NCBI RefSeq assembly: GCF_902459465.1
Contig: NC_047069.1
Location: 21,390,001 to 21,454,000 of the forward strand
Reading direction: 5' to 3'
Origin: Asterias rubens
Lineage: Eukaryota
DNA: 64,000 nt
Part shown: piece after piece, positions 1-12,158 of the stretch
How positions within the stretch are numbered: the stretch's first letter is position 1
How the letters are laid out: the number at the start of each line of letters is the position of its first letter
Program-made: the position numbers and the translations under genes
The notes under the pieces: generated by a model
Database searches by the model: none
What the model saw: only the letters and a program-made list of their open reading frames with translations
What the model was told of the DNA's origin: nothing

Positions 1-170
1 AGGAAATCCCTGATGTATTGGCGGGATGTATAGCTCGCCGTCTACACTATTTAAAGAAATGGTGTAGTCGGCAATCATATAATCTCCGAATGGAGGCCCT
101 CCAAGATTGGGCGGCGACCTCCGCAGCCCGTCTCGAGAGGCCCACTGCTCTGAGGGGTCCCCAGACAGCG
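1..170 (-). pseudogene. DIRS tyrosine recombinase, N-terminal SAM-like region with an in-frame stop
   Basis: Manual translation gives PLRAVGLSRRAAEVAAQSWRASIRRLYDCRLHHFFK*CRRRAIHP. It overlaps the pol C-terminus (LHLTCWALSG) in another frame. Confidence 0.72.
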
Positions 171-1420
171 CCCAGCATGTCAGGTGCAGGGCCCCCAAAG
201 CCGGATGAATCACTATGGGTCCGGGCTGGTATACATGTATAAGGTCCGGTCGTTCAGAAGGACCATCGGCTTGTGTACCAGGAGCCTGACCAGCCCAAGG
301 AACCAGGGCTGTGGTGGCCAGATTGGGGCGATCAAAGAACCTTGCAGCAATCCTGCTCGATCTCGGTCAGCACCCCCGTAATGAGGGAGATGGCGTAGGC
401 GTACGTCGGCAGCCCGTCTCAGTGCATGGCCAGTGCGTCGATCTGCCAAGCCTCTGGCACAGTAGATCGACAGCTGCTTGTTCGCCTGAGGGGCAAACAA
501 GTCCACTGAAGGCCAGTCAATCAGCAGAAAGAGCGGCTTGGCCACCCAGGAAGAGGGACGGAGTGGGCGGAGGGACCTCTCTGTCGAAATAATCCGACCC
601 CGGGAGAGGGCGTCGGCTGTACCATTCTCCTTCATTGGGATGGAGACCGTCGACAGAGAAGTCCCCTGCTGTATGCACCAGTGGAGTCAAACGACCGGGT
701 GCCCCCCTGGTGGTTGATATACGCCACGACTGTAGCGTTGTCGGAATGCACCAGGACGGCTTGCCCCGTCAACTGCGCCAGGAAATGCTGAAGGGCATTG
801 CGGTCCACCAGCATTTCCAGGTTTGAGAGATGTTCAGGGCCCCATACCCCTGCTATCCGGCGAGGGTGAAGGGTTACCCCCAGCCATACAGAGACGCATC
901 GGTGACGATGGTCAAGGACGGACGGGGCGGACAGAACGCTCGACTCTGCGTGAGGTTGGCCATCCACCAACATAGGTGGGGGGGGGGGTGGATCGAATGG
1001 CGACTAGGCCGGAAGTAGGTGAGGAGACGAAGCTCAGTAGGCCTCATCCCTCGCCTGCAAAAATTGATTAAATCCACCATGCTGGCTATAAGGCCCAGGA
1101 ATCTGAGCCAGGCCAGCTTCAGTGCCACCGTTGCCGGCCCGAGGAAAAAAGGGGAGGGGGCACGCATTGACGCAAGTTCAACACCTGGTCCACTGATGGG
1201 CGGGCCAGCTCCTTCTGAAAGTCGAGGGCCGCACCGATGAAGATGGGCACCTGAGAGGGGATTGGGTGCGACTTCTCGTCTGTCACTAAGAACCCCAGGT
1301 TGGGCGTGAGGTGTCAAGTTATCTTGACCGCCGCCGTCGCCTCCCTGGACCGACCTACGATTAATCAATCGTCGAGGGGATGTAAAATCATCACCCCTCG
1401 TCTCCAAAGTGCTGCCCAAT
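170..1420 (-). pseudogene. DIRS pol remnant: RT C-terminal half, RNase H and methyltransferase-like domain, with frameshifts and stops
   Basis: RT YLDDW motif is decayed to HPLDD*LIV near 1365-1385, followed by LGFLVTDEKS..PSQ..FIG. RNase H and MT motifs lie in ORFs 874-1419, 632-973 and 213-635. Confidence 0.85.
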
Positions 1421-1429
1421 CAGCCCCAG

Positions 1430-2700
1430 CTACTTCGCCTGTGGCCTGGAGGCCTGTGTTTTCCTCAGGTCCATCTCGTCCGTGGCCTTAAGGCGTTTAG
1501 CCTCGGACTCCATGGACTCCTGAAAGTTACCCGCAAACAGGACTTTCCCCATCAGAGGGAGCGCGTCGATACGCTTGTCGTGCCCCGCGGACGGGAGACA
1601 AAAAACGCATCTTAGACGTGCAGCCGTTAGGCCGATGTTGCTAGGGTCAAAACCCTTGCAAACTGGTCCAGATCGGTATGCAGCCTGCTGTCAGACAATG
1701 GATGGAAGCTACCAACATGTCTGCCGGAACCGCTGAGTCCTCAACACCAGCTAGTGTGAGGTACTCGGATAGAAGGAGTCGGAAGGACGGCGTGCGCATG
1801 CCAAAGCGTGATGCTGAGTCCCTCTTCCCTTGTCTGCAAAGGGAAATTTGGAAGGAGCTGTCCCCCTATCGGCGGCAAGTCTATCTGACGCCGAGTCTGG
1901 TAGAACTGGGTTCGGAAAAAATATATCGAAGTCCACCGTGGGGAATCGATAATAAGTCTCCGCCCACTTGGAGTAAGTATTCCCAAATGGTCGCCAACAT
2001 AATGCCCTCGATACGGTCACTGCACACACGATCGAGTGGCATAGCTGGAAAACTATTTCCGCTCCGCAGAGTCGGGCCTGTCCTCCATTTGAATGATTGT
2101 CGTTCAGCAGGAGGATCCTCAGATTTCTCGACGGGAAGGCCCGGCATCCGAGTCCTGTCCCGCTTGACAAGGCGCAATTTAGTTTTGGTAATTGACGACC
2201 GCTGAATGCTAGTGGCCAACTCGTCCTTTTCCAGGGACGAGTAGCTAGCCGGACTCAAAAAAGGGTCGGAGGCACCCACCAAAAGCGTGCCACCAAATGG
2301 CAGTACTGTGCCCAAACCATGATTGACCGACCCCTATCGGACACGAAGGACCCCGAAGGGTGCAGGCTGATCCCCGGCGGGGTTGGTGCCTTTGTACCCA
2401 AGTGCGTGACTGTCCATCCTGCCCCGCGCCACCCCACGTAAGATCGTGTGTGGTAGGTGCGGAGCAGTGGCTGTGAGGGGAGGCCGGCGCACAGCTAACC
2501 AAGCCCTTGGGGCCTCACTGACCTGAGTGCACCCAGTCGTGACCGGAATGGTCGGGCTGGATGTACAGGCCCGGTGGGGCAAAATTCTTAACCTCATGTC
2601 GGCCGGAAATGTGGCCATGAGGGTCTGAAAAGCTGTCATGAAATCGTCTCGGGATACTGACTCGTTATCCCGGCGCTTGACCTTAGATTGGGTGGACCCA
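1430..2700 (-). pseudogene. Probable DIRS gag-like ORF1 remnant
   Basis: GC-rich broken ORFs (1751-2170, 1881-2315, 2334-2639) directly upstream of pol on the same strand. No diagnostic motif; called by position. Confidence 0.5.
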
Positions 2701-3832
2701 CGTACGCTGATCGAAGTGGGGGAGCGGGAAGGCTCCCTCCTTGGTCAGTGGGTCCCCCAGCCGACGCAGCCGACTGAGGCTGCGGGGGCCGGTTGAAGGG
2801 CGAGCCCAGCGACGGAGTGTCACCGGCGCAGCCCTCCGAGGGCTCCGACTGTCCGGGGGGAATGGACGTACCCCCAGTTCCAACAGTCGGAGCCCTCCCC
2901 AATTTCCATTGAACAACTCATTTATAACGATCTTTATCTAAAACACTTCAACTAAACAACAACTCTACTATCTTCAATCTCAGTCTTTATTTCAAATCTC
3001 AGCAATAAAGGTAAGGTGTTTTTATTTCATTTTAAAAACGGTAAACTGTTGGACACAGAATTATTTACGTCCTCACCCAACTGTGGCTAAGAGAAAAGAG
3101 GACGACTTCGTGGCAAGCATGTCATGGGGCATTGTGGGTAGGACGGTGGAGGGCGCTATTGTGTGTAAAGTCTTACCAATATTGCCTGGCGGCATAGGGA
3201 ATATGCAAACTAGTAATTTGACTCTAACCGGTAAGTAGAGTGAAGTAGACTTAGTAGATCAGACATACAGCTTTACCCATGCACATAATAATTCACTCAG
3301 CAAGGTCTCAAAATAAAAAGTCATCTCCTTCAATATTATAAGGAAAAGGAGTCATCAAACAAGAGATGGGATTGACAACACCAAGGAAAAGACAGGTGAC
3401 TGAATATGCCGCAATCGCTATGTCACCTTCAATTGGAAATCGAAGACGTACGTATTCCAAAGCCCCCCCCCCCCACACACACCAAACACTGCAAAACAAC
3501 AACAATCTAGACCGGGTCACCCAGTCTTTTTCCGGTTCTTCTTCCATTCATGACATTTGTAATTTTGTGTTTATGTTCCTTCAATCTATGTGATGGTATC
3601 TAGGCGAATTTACCCGGATAGTAGGAACTGCGTTCGTTATTAGATTTTCTAAGGTAGTTTTCATCCACGCATTGTTTTCAAAACGAGAAACAGACGAGTT
3701 CTGTTCGTGTGGATGAGAGGCGTGCTTCTCCTTGTTGTTCTGCTTTTATTTATTCTCGAAAGAAAATCTCCACATCCGCTCGTGTGATATTATTATTTGA
3801 TTTGTGCAAAACACATCATTGTCTGCATTATA

Positions 3833-4922
3833 AACTGCTCACAAAAAGTAAGGAAACTTTTTTCAATCCAGTATCTTTTTTATTAGTTAATACTCTCTCT
3901 GTATATGGTATATATCAATGCAAAGCTGAACTGTTCCTCTTTAAAATGATACCACATTTGCAATGATTACATGTTGCTGAACTTGGCTACATGAGTAACA
4001 ATGAGGCAAAGTCACAAATCAAATGTGCCAAAATTACCGTTGTCTGTGAATGGTCAATAGGTAATGCTCATTAATCAAACCGATCAAGCTTTTCAGAATC
4101 ATTAATGGTTTACACAATGATTTGCACAAGTGAGCTCATCGGACACAATTAACCCTCATCTCATAAAAAAACACCTTGTTTCATGGGTATTTGCAAGACG
4201 ATATTCCACATCCGAATGCAGTCCCATACTGGCAGACTCCAAATGCCATCTTTCAAGATGACAACGCTCGCCCCCATCGAGCCCGACTGGTGACTGACTA
4301 CCTGACAAATTTTGGAGTGCACCGGATGGATTGGCCTGCTAACAGTCCAGACCTGAATCCCATGGAACATCTATGGGACCAGCTTGGCCTTGCTGTCCGC
4401 GCCAGAACCACCAACACATCAACTGTGGCTGACCTACCCAGGTTCCTTAATTAAGAATGGAACGCCATCCCTCATCATCAGCGCATCACAAGACTTGTGT
4501 GCAGCATGAGAAGAAGGTGCCATGGCTGTCATCAACGCCTTCGGATCATCCACTTGTTAATGAACTTTTTGTATCAATAAAGTGTATTAAGATCAGTAAG
4601 TTGTCTTGCTCTATACCAAACTTCTTGTCTCAATAGAGTGGATTAAGATCAGTAAGTTATCTTGCTTGTTTGAATTACAGTGTCAATTTGATTGTTCATA
4701 CAGTAATAACAAAAAAATCTAATTTTGGCACATTTGATTTGTGACTTTGTCTCATTCTAATTAATGTGGTCAAGTCCAGCAACATGTAATCATTGCAACT
4801 GTGGTACATTTTAAAGAGGAACAGTTCAACTTTGCAATGATATATACCATATACAAAGAGAGTATTAAATAATAACAAATATACTGGATTGAAAACAGTT
4901 TCCTTACTTTTTGTGAGCAGTT
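3833..4922 (+). mobile_element. Tc1/mariner DNA transposon, internally deleted, about 210-bp terminal inverted repeats, TA target duplication
   Basis: TA|AACTGCTCACAAAAAGTAAGGAAAC at 3831 and GTTTCCTTACTTTTTGTGAGCAGTT|TA ending at 4924. The inverted similarity spans about 3833-4050 versus 4700-4922. Confidence 0.92.
4176..4560 (+). pseudogene. Tc1 transposase C-terminal DDE fragment
   Basis: FQDDNARPHRAR...DWPANSPDLNPMEHLWDQL, then a frameshifted tail EWNAIP...SMRRRC..AVINAFGSST. The N-terminal two-thirds is missing. Confidence 0.92.
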
Positions 4923-5310
4923 TATCATGCGTCCCATTTGAAGGTGAAATTTGGGACAGATCTGTTAAAAAGCTCGTCATTGCTACACCATGAAATGTCA
5001 AATTGTTTTTAACAGACGAGAAGAGAGTGGGGTTATATTAAGTGAGTTCACACAAGCTAGAATCAGCAATAAAACACATCTGTAACTTTTGAAATGAGGG
5101 AACTTTTTGACAGGCAACTTAGAGACAACCAATTACATTGCATGCTTACATGACCACTTTTACTTAGCGCAGGGGTTATTATCCAAAATGTCTTAGATCA
5201 GCAATAACAATATGTGAACATTCAAAATGAGAATGGATTCTATTCTTGGGGATTGCCTGGAACTGGTTGCCTGTAAAGTGCCTCGTGTGACACGACCTTT
5301 AAATTCTAAC

Positions 5311-5814
5311 CTGTTTTTGTTTATAGTGGAGAGCTAACCGAAGTCGACTCAATGTATCTTCACCCGTCATCGAATCATTGTCTCTATTTAGCATCATTTC
5401 AAGTTCCTTAGAACCCCGGGTTTGATCAAGAAGATTCGTAGCAAACTCTCGGCACTGTTGTACAAGCTTGTCATAATCGGTCTTGAACTCGTTTTCACGA
5501 TAGCTTAGCTTCCTTAGCTCCCAGCTCAGCTCAAAGGCTGTTAGTAGTGGGTCATCACTCGACAGAGCAATAAGGGAAGGGCTAGCGAGTGCTCGGTAGA
5601 TGTTGAGCCTAGATCGAGAATGCCTCAGTCCATCGTGTCGTATACTGGAGAGGCAGTCATCACAACCACATTTGACATTATGTGGTTTGGGGATGGAGGC
5701 TCCACGTTCCAGTAAGATCTTTAGAATCTCGTAGTTATTCCGATGGGCAGCGAGGATCACTGGACTGATGTCAGGAGTAAAATCCGTTTCATTTTGTTCT
5801 TGGATGATTCGAGC
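5311..5814 (-). CDS. TRPC4/5: TRPC4/5-like channel, second coding exon (ankyrin repeat 4, TRP_2 Cys/His zinc-binding region, coiled coil); 168 codons, phase 0/0
   Basis: Acceptor cctttactgtttctag|GCT and donor CAG|gttaga. Translation [35 protein letters not shown]...[11 protein letters not shown]...[38 protein letters not shown]...[12 protein letters not shown]. Confidence 0.96.
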
Positions 5815-7223
5815 CTAGAAACAGTAAAGGGAATAAAAAATGTAGATTACAATTAATTATATAAATTTAACTGTCTACAAGAATAGCATAATGAATTGTG
5901 AATTCTGAGATTACAGCTCTTATATTTGATTGCTGATGTTTTGTTACCAATACCCGTCTTATTATATTTTGTATGATTCAGTATACCTCCTAAGTGGTTT
6001 TGTTTTTGTAAAGCATTTCAACTATTTTAGTTCTAATATGTGTTTTTTGTGGATGTTGTTTTATTATAACTGTACACCCGTTATTTGTTCGTGTGATTAT
6101 TGTACTATCAGTACGTAAAGTTGCTTTCATTTTTTTTTATGCATTACACCAAGCCGAGAGAAGGCTCGACTTCAAAATACAGGTTTATACAAAACAAAAA
6201 AACTATAATTACCATAAAATAATGTGGTTTTTTTTGCTGCGGCTTAAAAAAAATGTTTGAATGAAAGCAACCAAATAAACACAAAGATAAAATAAATAAA
6301 CAAATACATTATTAAAATTGAGGCAGTAAACCTTAAAGCGCAATAGAAAAACACAGTCTGAATAGCAGACAAACAAAAACATTGAGTAAACACGTTCTAA
6401 AGTGTATTATTAGAATATATATTGAAACCCATGCATGTTATTAACAGTCTAGAATGTCATAGCATTCACATCTAACAAACAAAAGTACTCTTTGGACCCA
6501 CTTTACAGCACATACCAAGCATGTGTTTTGAACTGCATCTCAAACCCAACGCAAGTATTTGGCTGTGACAGTATGCCACAATAACATGGTGATGTTGTTA
6601 ATGCTGTAGTCCTAATACCATAGTCCATGTATGATGGTAATGTATAGTGCCAGTATGCCACAATAACATGGTTTGGTTGTTAATGTAGTCCTATATCCCA
6701 CCACATGTTGGTTGACTCACTGGACATGACCCACATCGGTACACTTCAGTACAGACAATAATATAATTGGCAAAACCTTGTACAAAAATAAGCAACCATT
6801 TACATACCTCGTCTAGGCAAAGGAGAACATTTCAAGGGCAAAAGAAATACCATTGACCCATAATTATTGTCAATAATTATTGGACACAATTAACATGAAA
6901 ATGTGAAGTGCGCCCTCTAGCGATTATGAATTATATTCGGCAATAATAACTATGTGTTCTATCGGCGACGACGATTTCGGATCAGCTATAGTTCAGTTAA
7001 TGAATACAAGCCAGAGTTATTTTAGACAAACATTTTGCACAGGGGAACTAAAACTCAAAATGTTTACCTTTTTGGTTTTACGCAAGTGACAGTTTTACTA
7101 AGTGAAGCAGTTAGACCCTAATACATTTGATTTATGCCCCGAAAGATACACGTGGAAAAACACGTTAGATCTGAACAATTTGAATATTGTTTAATATAAA
7201 GTTCACTATAAATATCCACTTAC

Positions 7224-7589
7224 CCGAATATCTTTCTTTGGTGGTTTGTAACTCAGTAAAATCTCTACAGCTTCAACAACTTCTTCATCAATAGCATGCA
7301 GTAGAGCGTCCCCAACGTGTACGTTGTGCTTCAGAAGTAACTCAATAATCTCAATATTTTCATTCTGTATGGCAATAAGGAGTCCGGTACGCCCTAAGGA
7401 GTCCACGCAGTTCTTATTAAGATTGAAATAAATGTCAGCTTCCTCCAGGGCCAGGCGTACGGTGCCATAGTCACCTCGCTCTATGGCAAGGATAAAGGCT
7501 CTCTCTACGGTCGATAGAGGGGCCTCTTTGCGGACAATCTTCATGGCGATACGGTCGCTGGCCGCATCGACATGATAGTAGGCGGGCAT
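7224..7589 (-). CDS. TRPC4/5: TRPC4/5-like channel, first coding exon (ankyrin repeats 1-3); exon starts at 7638 with 49 nt of 5' UTR
   Basis: Acceptor tttcctctatag|G at 7638, Kozak accATG at 7589 and donor CGG|gtaagt at 7224. [70 protein letters not shown] resembles the TRPC4/5 N-terminus. 122 codons, in phase with the next exon. Confidence 0.95.
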
Positions 7590-7784
7590 GGTGATTGTGA
7601 CAGGTTTGGCTGGCCTGACTACAGAAACATTGATTCTCCTATAGAGGAAATAAAGAGGAAACAACAAGAAAGTAGTCATTAAATATACAAAACAAACACC
7701 TATTTGTCATATTGCCCGTAAATAACGCATTCGGTAATTCGTTAAATGATTACCGAAGATATGAGTTTGCATCTCGAAGCTCTC

Positions 7785-8212
7785 TTAAAGGGTAGATGTA
7801 CTTTTCCTAACAAAAAACACAATGTCCACAGATTTACATTAAACTTACACAGTTTGAAGATTATGATAGTAGAAAGCTTCCCTTGAAATTTTACTTACTG
7901 AGGTGCTGTAGTTTTTGAGAAATGAGTAAAAGTAATAATTTTCGTCTCAGTTTTAGCATGAAAAAACGTATTAACCAGTTATGCTATGGTTTTGGTATAA
8001 TATCATAACTGGTTAAGGGGATTTTACATGCTAAAATAGTTTTGGTCTCATGAGACCAAAACTATTTTGTGACTTGTTTTACTCATTTCTCAAAAACTAC
8101 ACAACCTTAGTTAGTAAGATTTGAAGGGAAGCCTTCCACTATCATTATCTTCAAACCCTGTAAGTTTAATGTGAATCTGTGGATATTTTGAAAAAGTATC
8201 CGAATCCTTTAA
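7785..8212. mobile_element. Kolobok-type non-autonomous element, family B (long internal inverted arms)
   Basis: TTAA|AGGG...ATCCT|TTAA. About 125-bp inverted arms (TCCACAGATTTACATTAAACTTACA...GTAGTTTTTGAGAAATGAGTAAAA). TTAA duplication with purine-purine ends fits Kolobok rather than piggyBac. Second copy at 29.8 kb. Confidence 0.75.
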
Positions 8213-8595
8213 AGGCAGTGTACACTATTGGTAATCGTCAAAGACTACACTAACCTTCACAGTTGGTGTATCTCAACATATGTATAAAATAACAAACCTG
8301 TGAAAATTTGAGCTCAATCAGTCATCGAAGTTGCGAGACAATAATGAAAGAAAAATAACCCTTGTCACACGAAGTTGTGTGCGTTTAGATGGTTGATTTC
8401 GGAACCTCAAGTTCTAAATCCGAGTTCTTGAAATCAAATTCGTGGAAAATTACTTCTTTCTCGACAACTATGGCACTTCAGAGGGAGCCATTTCTCACAA
8501 TGTTTTATACCATCAACCTCTCCCAATTACTCGTCACCAAGAAAGGTTTTATGCCAATATTTTGAGTAATAACCAACAGTGTCCACTGCCTTTAA
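8209..8595. mobile_element. Kolobok-type MITE, family A (about 385 bp)
   Basis: TTAA|AGGCAGTG-ACACTATTGGTAAT...GTGTCCACTGCCT|TTAA. Many near-identical copies in the window. Confidence 0.85.
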
Positions 8596-9446
8596 ATTGT
8601 TGAGTTATGTGTGAGTACAAATTTAATATTCATATATTCAGCCCAACATTCATCAGACTTGTATAAAAGCCTCAGCTATTCTTGAACAGGCCAACGATCG
8701 TTGATTTATACACTAATGTGTTTGAAGAGGCTACATTTACCCCCCCCCCCCCCCAAGCTGGAATAACAAATACCGCCCCTCCCATTGCCCCTTCAACCTT
8801 CAATCAAGTCTTCTAAAGGTTAAATAATTCTAGACGAGAAGTAATGTTAAGACGATTCTCGATGCGAAAGGAACTTAACACATCATTCCAGCGTTTGTTT
8901 CACAGTAAACACTAATGATGCGCAAAATGGCACGGCTTTAATAACACCTTGGAGATTAAAAACAAAAGGGCAGTCGGTATACAAGGGTAGAGAATGAATA
9001 ACTTATACAACATCAGCAACAATGTCAGATCATTCAGCGCATCAAGAGTGCATCAAGTTGTATAGGTATATAACACAGAGGCAAATAACTGACGTCATTG
9101 ATAGTTGTCATCTCCCACCGGTCATGTATTTATATTATTGTTTATAATTTATACGTTTCTCTTAATTATCTATTTCATTATTTGTTGTTCCATAGTTCAC
9201 CTGCTCCTCGCTGAGTGCGAATAAAACTACCGGGTCGAACAAACACAATTTTGTCCACGTCTTTCATTGTTTCATCAACACCGTGACAATAGTATAATGG
9301 GTAATAATATAAAAACTATGAGATTTCATTACGCATTTTGATTCAATATTTTAGGAAAGAAATTCAACTGAATTGTGAACTCCATGTGAAACTGTGATGC
9401 TTTAACCCGACAACTCAACGAAGGCGGTGTATTCATCAGTTCTGAT

Positions 9447-9814
9447 TTAAAGGCAGTGGACACTATTGGTAATTACTCAAAATAATTATTAGCATAAAAC
9501 CTTTCTTGGTGACGAGTAATGGGGAGAAGTTGGTAGTATAAAACATTGTGAGAAACGGCTCCCTCTGAAGTGGAGTAGTTTTCGAGAAAGAAGTAATTTT
9601 CCATGAATTTGATTTCGAGACCTCAGATTTAGAACTTGGGGTCTTGAAATCAACCGTCTAAACACACACAGCTTCGTGTGACTAGGGTGTTTTTTCTTTC
9701 ATTACTATCTCGCAAGTTCGATGACCAATTGAGCTCAAATTTTCACAGGTTTGTTATATTATGCTAATGTTGGGATACATTAACTGTGAATGCTATAGTG
9801 TCCACTGCCTTTAA
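9447..9814. mobile_element. Kolobok-type MITE, family A
   Basis: TTAA|AGGCAGTGGACACTATTGGTAATTACTC...GTGTCCACTGCCT|TTAA. Confidence 0.85.
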
Positions 9815-9965
9815 TGATTCAATCAAGCGTCACTTCAACATTAACTGTGAATGCTATAGTGTCCACTGCGTTTAATGATTCAATCAAGCGTCACTTCAAC
9901 ATTAACTGTGAATGCTATAGTGTCCACTGCCTTTAATGATTAAATCAAGCGTCACTTCAACATTA
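9777..9965. repeat. 61-bp tandem triplication spanning the MITE end and its flank
   Basis: Unit ACATTAACTGTGAATGCTATAGTGTCCACTGCCTTTAATGATTCAATCAAGCGTCACTTCA starts at 9777, 9838 and 9899. Confidence 0.95.
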
Positions 9966-12158
9966 TTTTGATTATTATTATGATTAAAATATGCAGTAGT
10001 TTATTTAATTCAAGAATCGGAGTCCAAGTACAGTAACCGAAGTATACTCAATGACGCTTTCCCCTCTGACGCTAAACGTTTACGTGATTTATTAAAGGTA
10101 ATGGGAATTAATTAATGATATTAACCCGTGATTTGTAAAAGTACCGTTGAGAAAGCATTCAATGGTCAACACAGTACGATATATATTCTGTATCGAAAGC
10201 TGCATGTAGAAACTAACTCACGGTCATAACCAACACAATTCAAGCATATCATTGCAATGCATTATTTTAACCTTGCCATTATAAGACCGACGTTATTGTA
10301 TTAAAATAGCTATGTCATGATGTTTAATACCATTACGTTAGTGACATAATAATGCAGCAGGAATTGATTGGATATACAAAACTTATCTCGAGAAACAATT
10401 TCTTAAAGCGGTGTTGTGACGGCAATTCTAACTCGTAAATTTACGTTAACGAACAAAACATGTATTTCAGATGAAGATAAAATAAAAGGTCTAGTGCACT
10501 AGTAATGCATATTATTATAGGCCTATGGGTTGATACCGACCTGGATAGTGTCATATGAAATCTATGGTAGAACTAAGAGTCAGTCTAATGCATCTTCATC
10601 AATTTCAAGTAAGCTTTTCAACGTTTGATATTTTTCAGTTTGTTGATTTTGATTCATAAAGCTAAATACCGGGTGTAAATTCCGTTTTGTTTTTGTTCCT
10701 TTAGTCCACGGAGGAGCAAGAACTCACGTAGACCTTGATGTCAAATGTCAAAAACACTTCTCATCTGTCTTGTCACTTATCGTACACGCCACGTAAACAG
10801 ACATAGCGATCCCTTCTACTGATTAACGACAATTCGCAACATTCCCCTGGGTGCACCAGTAAGTTTTCTAATTTCAAAATGTTGATATCTCAACGACTGG
10901 CGTCGTTTTTGTCTTAATTGAAAAATGCCGAGCAACGGTTCAAGGCATGCATCAATTATCGCATGTGCTTTTTCCAGCAGACGCGAGTGATCAACAGAAC
11001 ATTGACAGATAATGACTTGTATCAATATCTTGCAGGTTTGGCCACTATTACATAATGAATGTGTATTCAGAGTATATTATTTGTATTTTGAGTAAAACAC
11101 GTTAACTTTCAAACTGCGACCTCTATTATGTGTATAATTACTGTATTATGCAGACAAAAAAAGACGTGCAATTAAATCACACAGAACAGACAAAACGGTT
11201 CGAGAAACCATCACTAGCACCATTCATGTCTTGTTTATTCATTTTTAGATAAATCACAATATCTACAATGTCCAGTCTCCTCGTTCTCTTGTCAATCTAC
11301 TCCATGTTGCCGTGTTCATAATAAGGTGATTTAATCTCTCCATCTTATTTTAGTCTTTCATTCTTTACTTGTTTGCCATTCGATCAGTCTCATAGTATGC
11401 TGTTTCACTTTCTTACCATTACCGCCTCCGTTTCCAGCTTCGTTGTCTTTGTCTCGTATTGATAGGCTGAATTTTATCGTCTCCAAATGTCCCAACCCCT
11501 CGGTATTGTTATAATTGGTCACTCGCACATGTACATCTCACTAGCATTATTTGATTCAGACTTGGGCGACAACAATCCAAGTCAATTTGAGTTGTCAGAA
11601 TAACAATCTAAACCATAAGTAAATACTTTACTGTGCATAAATTGTGCACAATGAACCTTTTCAGGATGTTCCAGTTTATATGTTTATCGATTAAGCTCTA
11701 CATTTCAATACCAATATGTTTTTCTCTGATATTATTCCAATATAATGTGTTTAAATCGATTACAATCTGTTTGAACTGAGCAGCTACATTTGCTTTGCGC
11801 CAGTTACTCATGCGTGACTTTGGTTATGAACTACACCAATGTTCGATTGAAGTTCACGACAAACATTGAAACTGTGATGTAGTTCAGGCCTTATATGGCT
11901 AGTCATTATATTTAATTTCAAACAAAACATGCAAAATGAGACTGAGTTTGAAACGAGAGTCCGAAATGGATCAATGCCGAATATTGACATTTGTCCAGTA
12001 TATCTGATGTACATAGCATCCCTTCATTAAATATTAACTTTGCATAAGCAAGGTGTTGATATGAAAGTAATACGAAACATATCTGGTTATTATATAACAA
12101 GTTTCAATGTGTTAAAGTATTAACATAGACATGATGCAATAATACACAAGCCGTCTGT

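Larger units (their letters stand above)
1..3200 (-). mobile_element. DIRS-type (tyrosine recombinase) retrotransposon, decayed and internally deleted; continues past the left window edge; 5' boundary approximate
   Basis: Minus-strand domain order is gag-like, RT remnant, RNase H (LTIVTDASLYGWG; VLVHSDNATVVAYINHQGGTRS), methyltransferase-like (VDLFAPQANKQLSIYC; LIAPIWPPQPWF) and an overlapping recombinase N-terminus, which is the DIRS layout. Local GC is far above the flanks. Confidence 0.88.

Noticed and set aside
18-2941. Plus-strand ORFs of 60-175 aa across the DIRS region
   Set aside because: These are antisense shadows of the GC-rich DIRS coding sequence.
10816-11025. 69-aa minus-strand ORF (DHSRLLEKAHAIIDACLEPLL...)
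   Set aside because: No recognisable motif, a non-ATG start and no convincing splice sites. The length is within chance.
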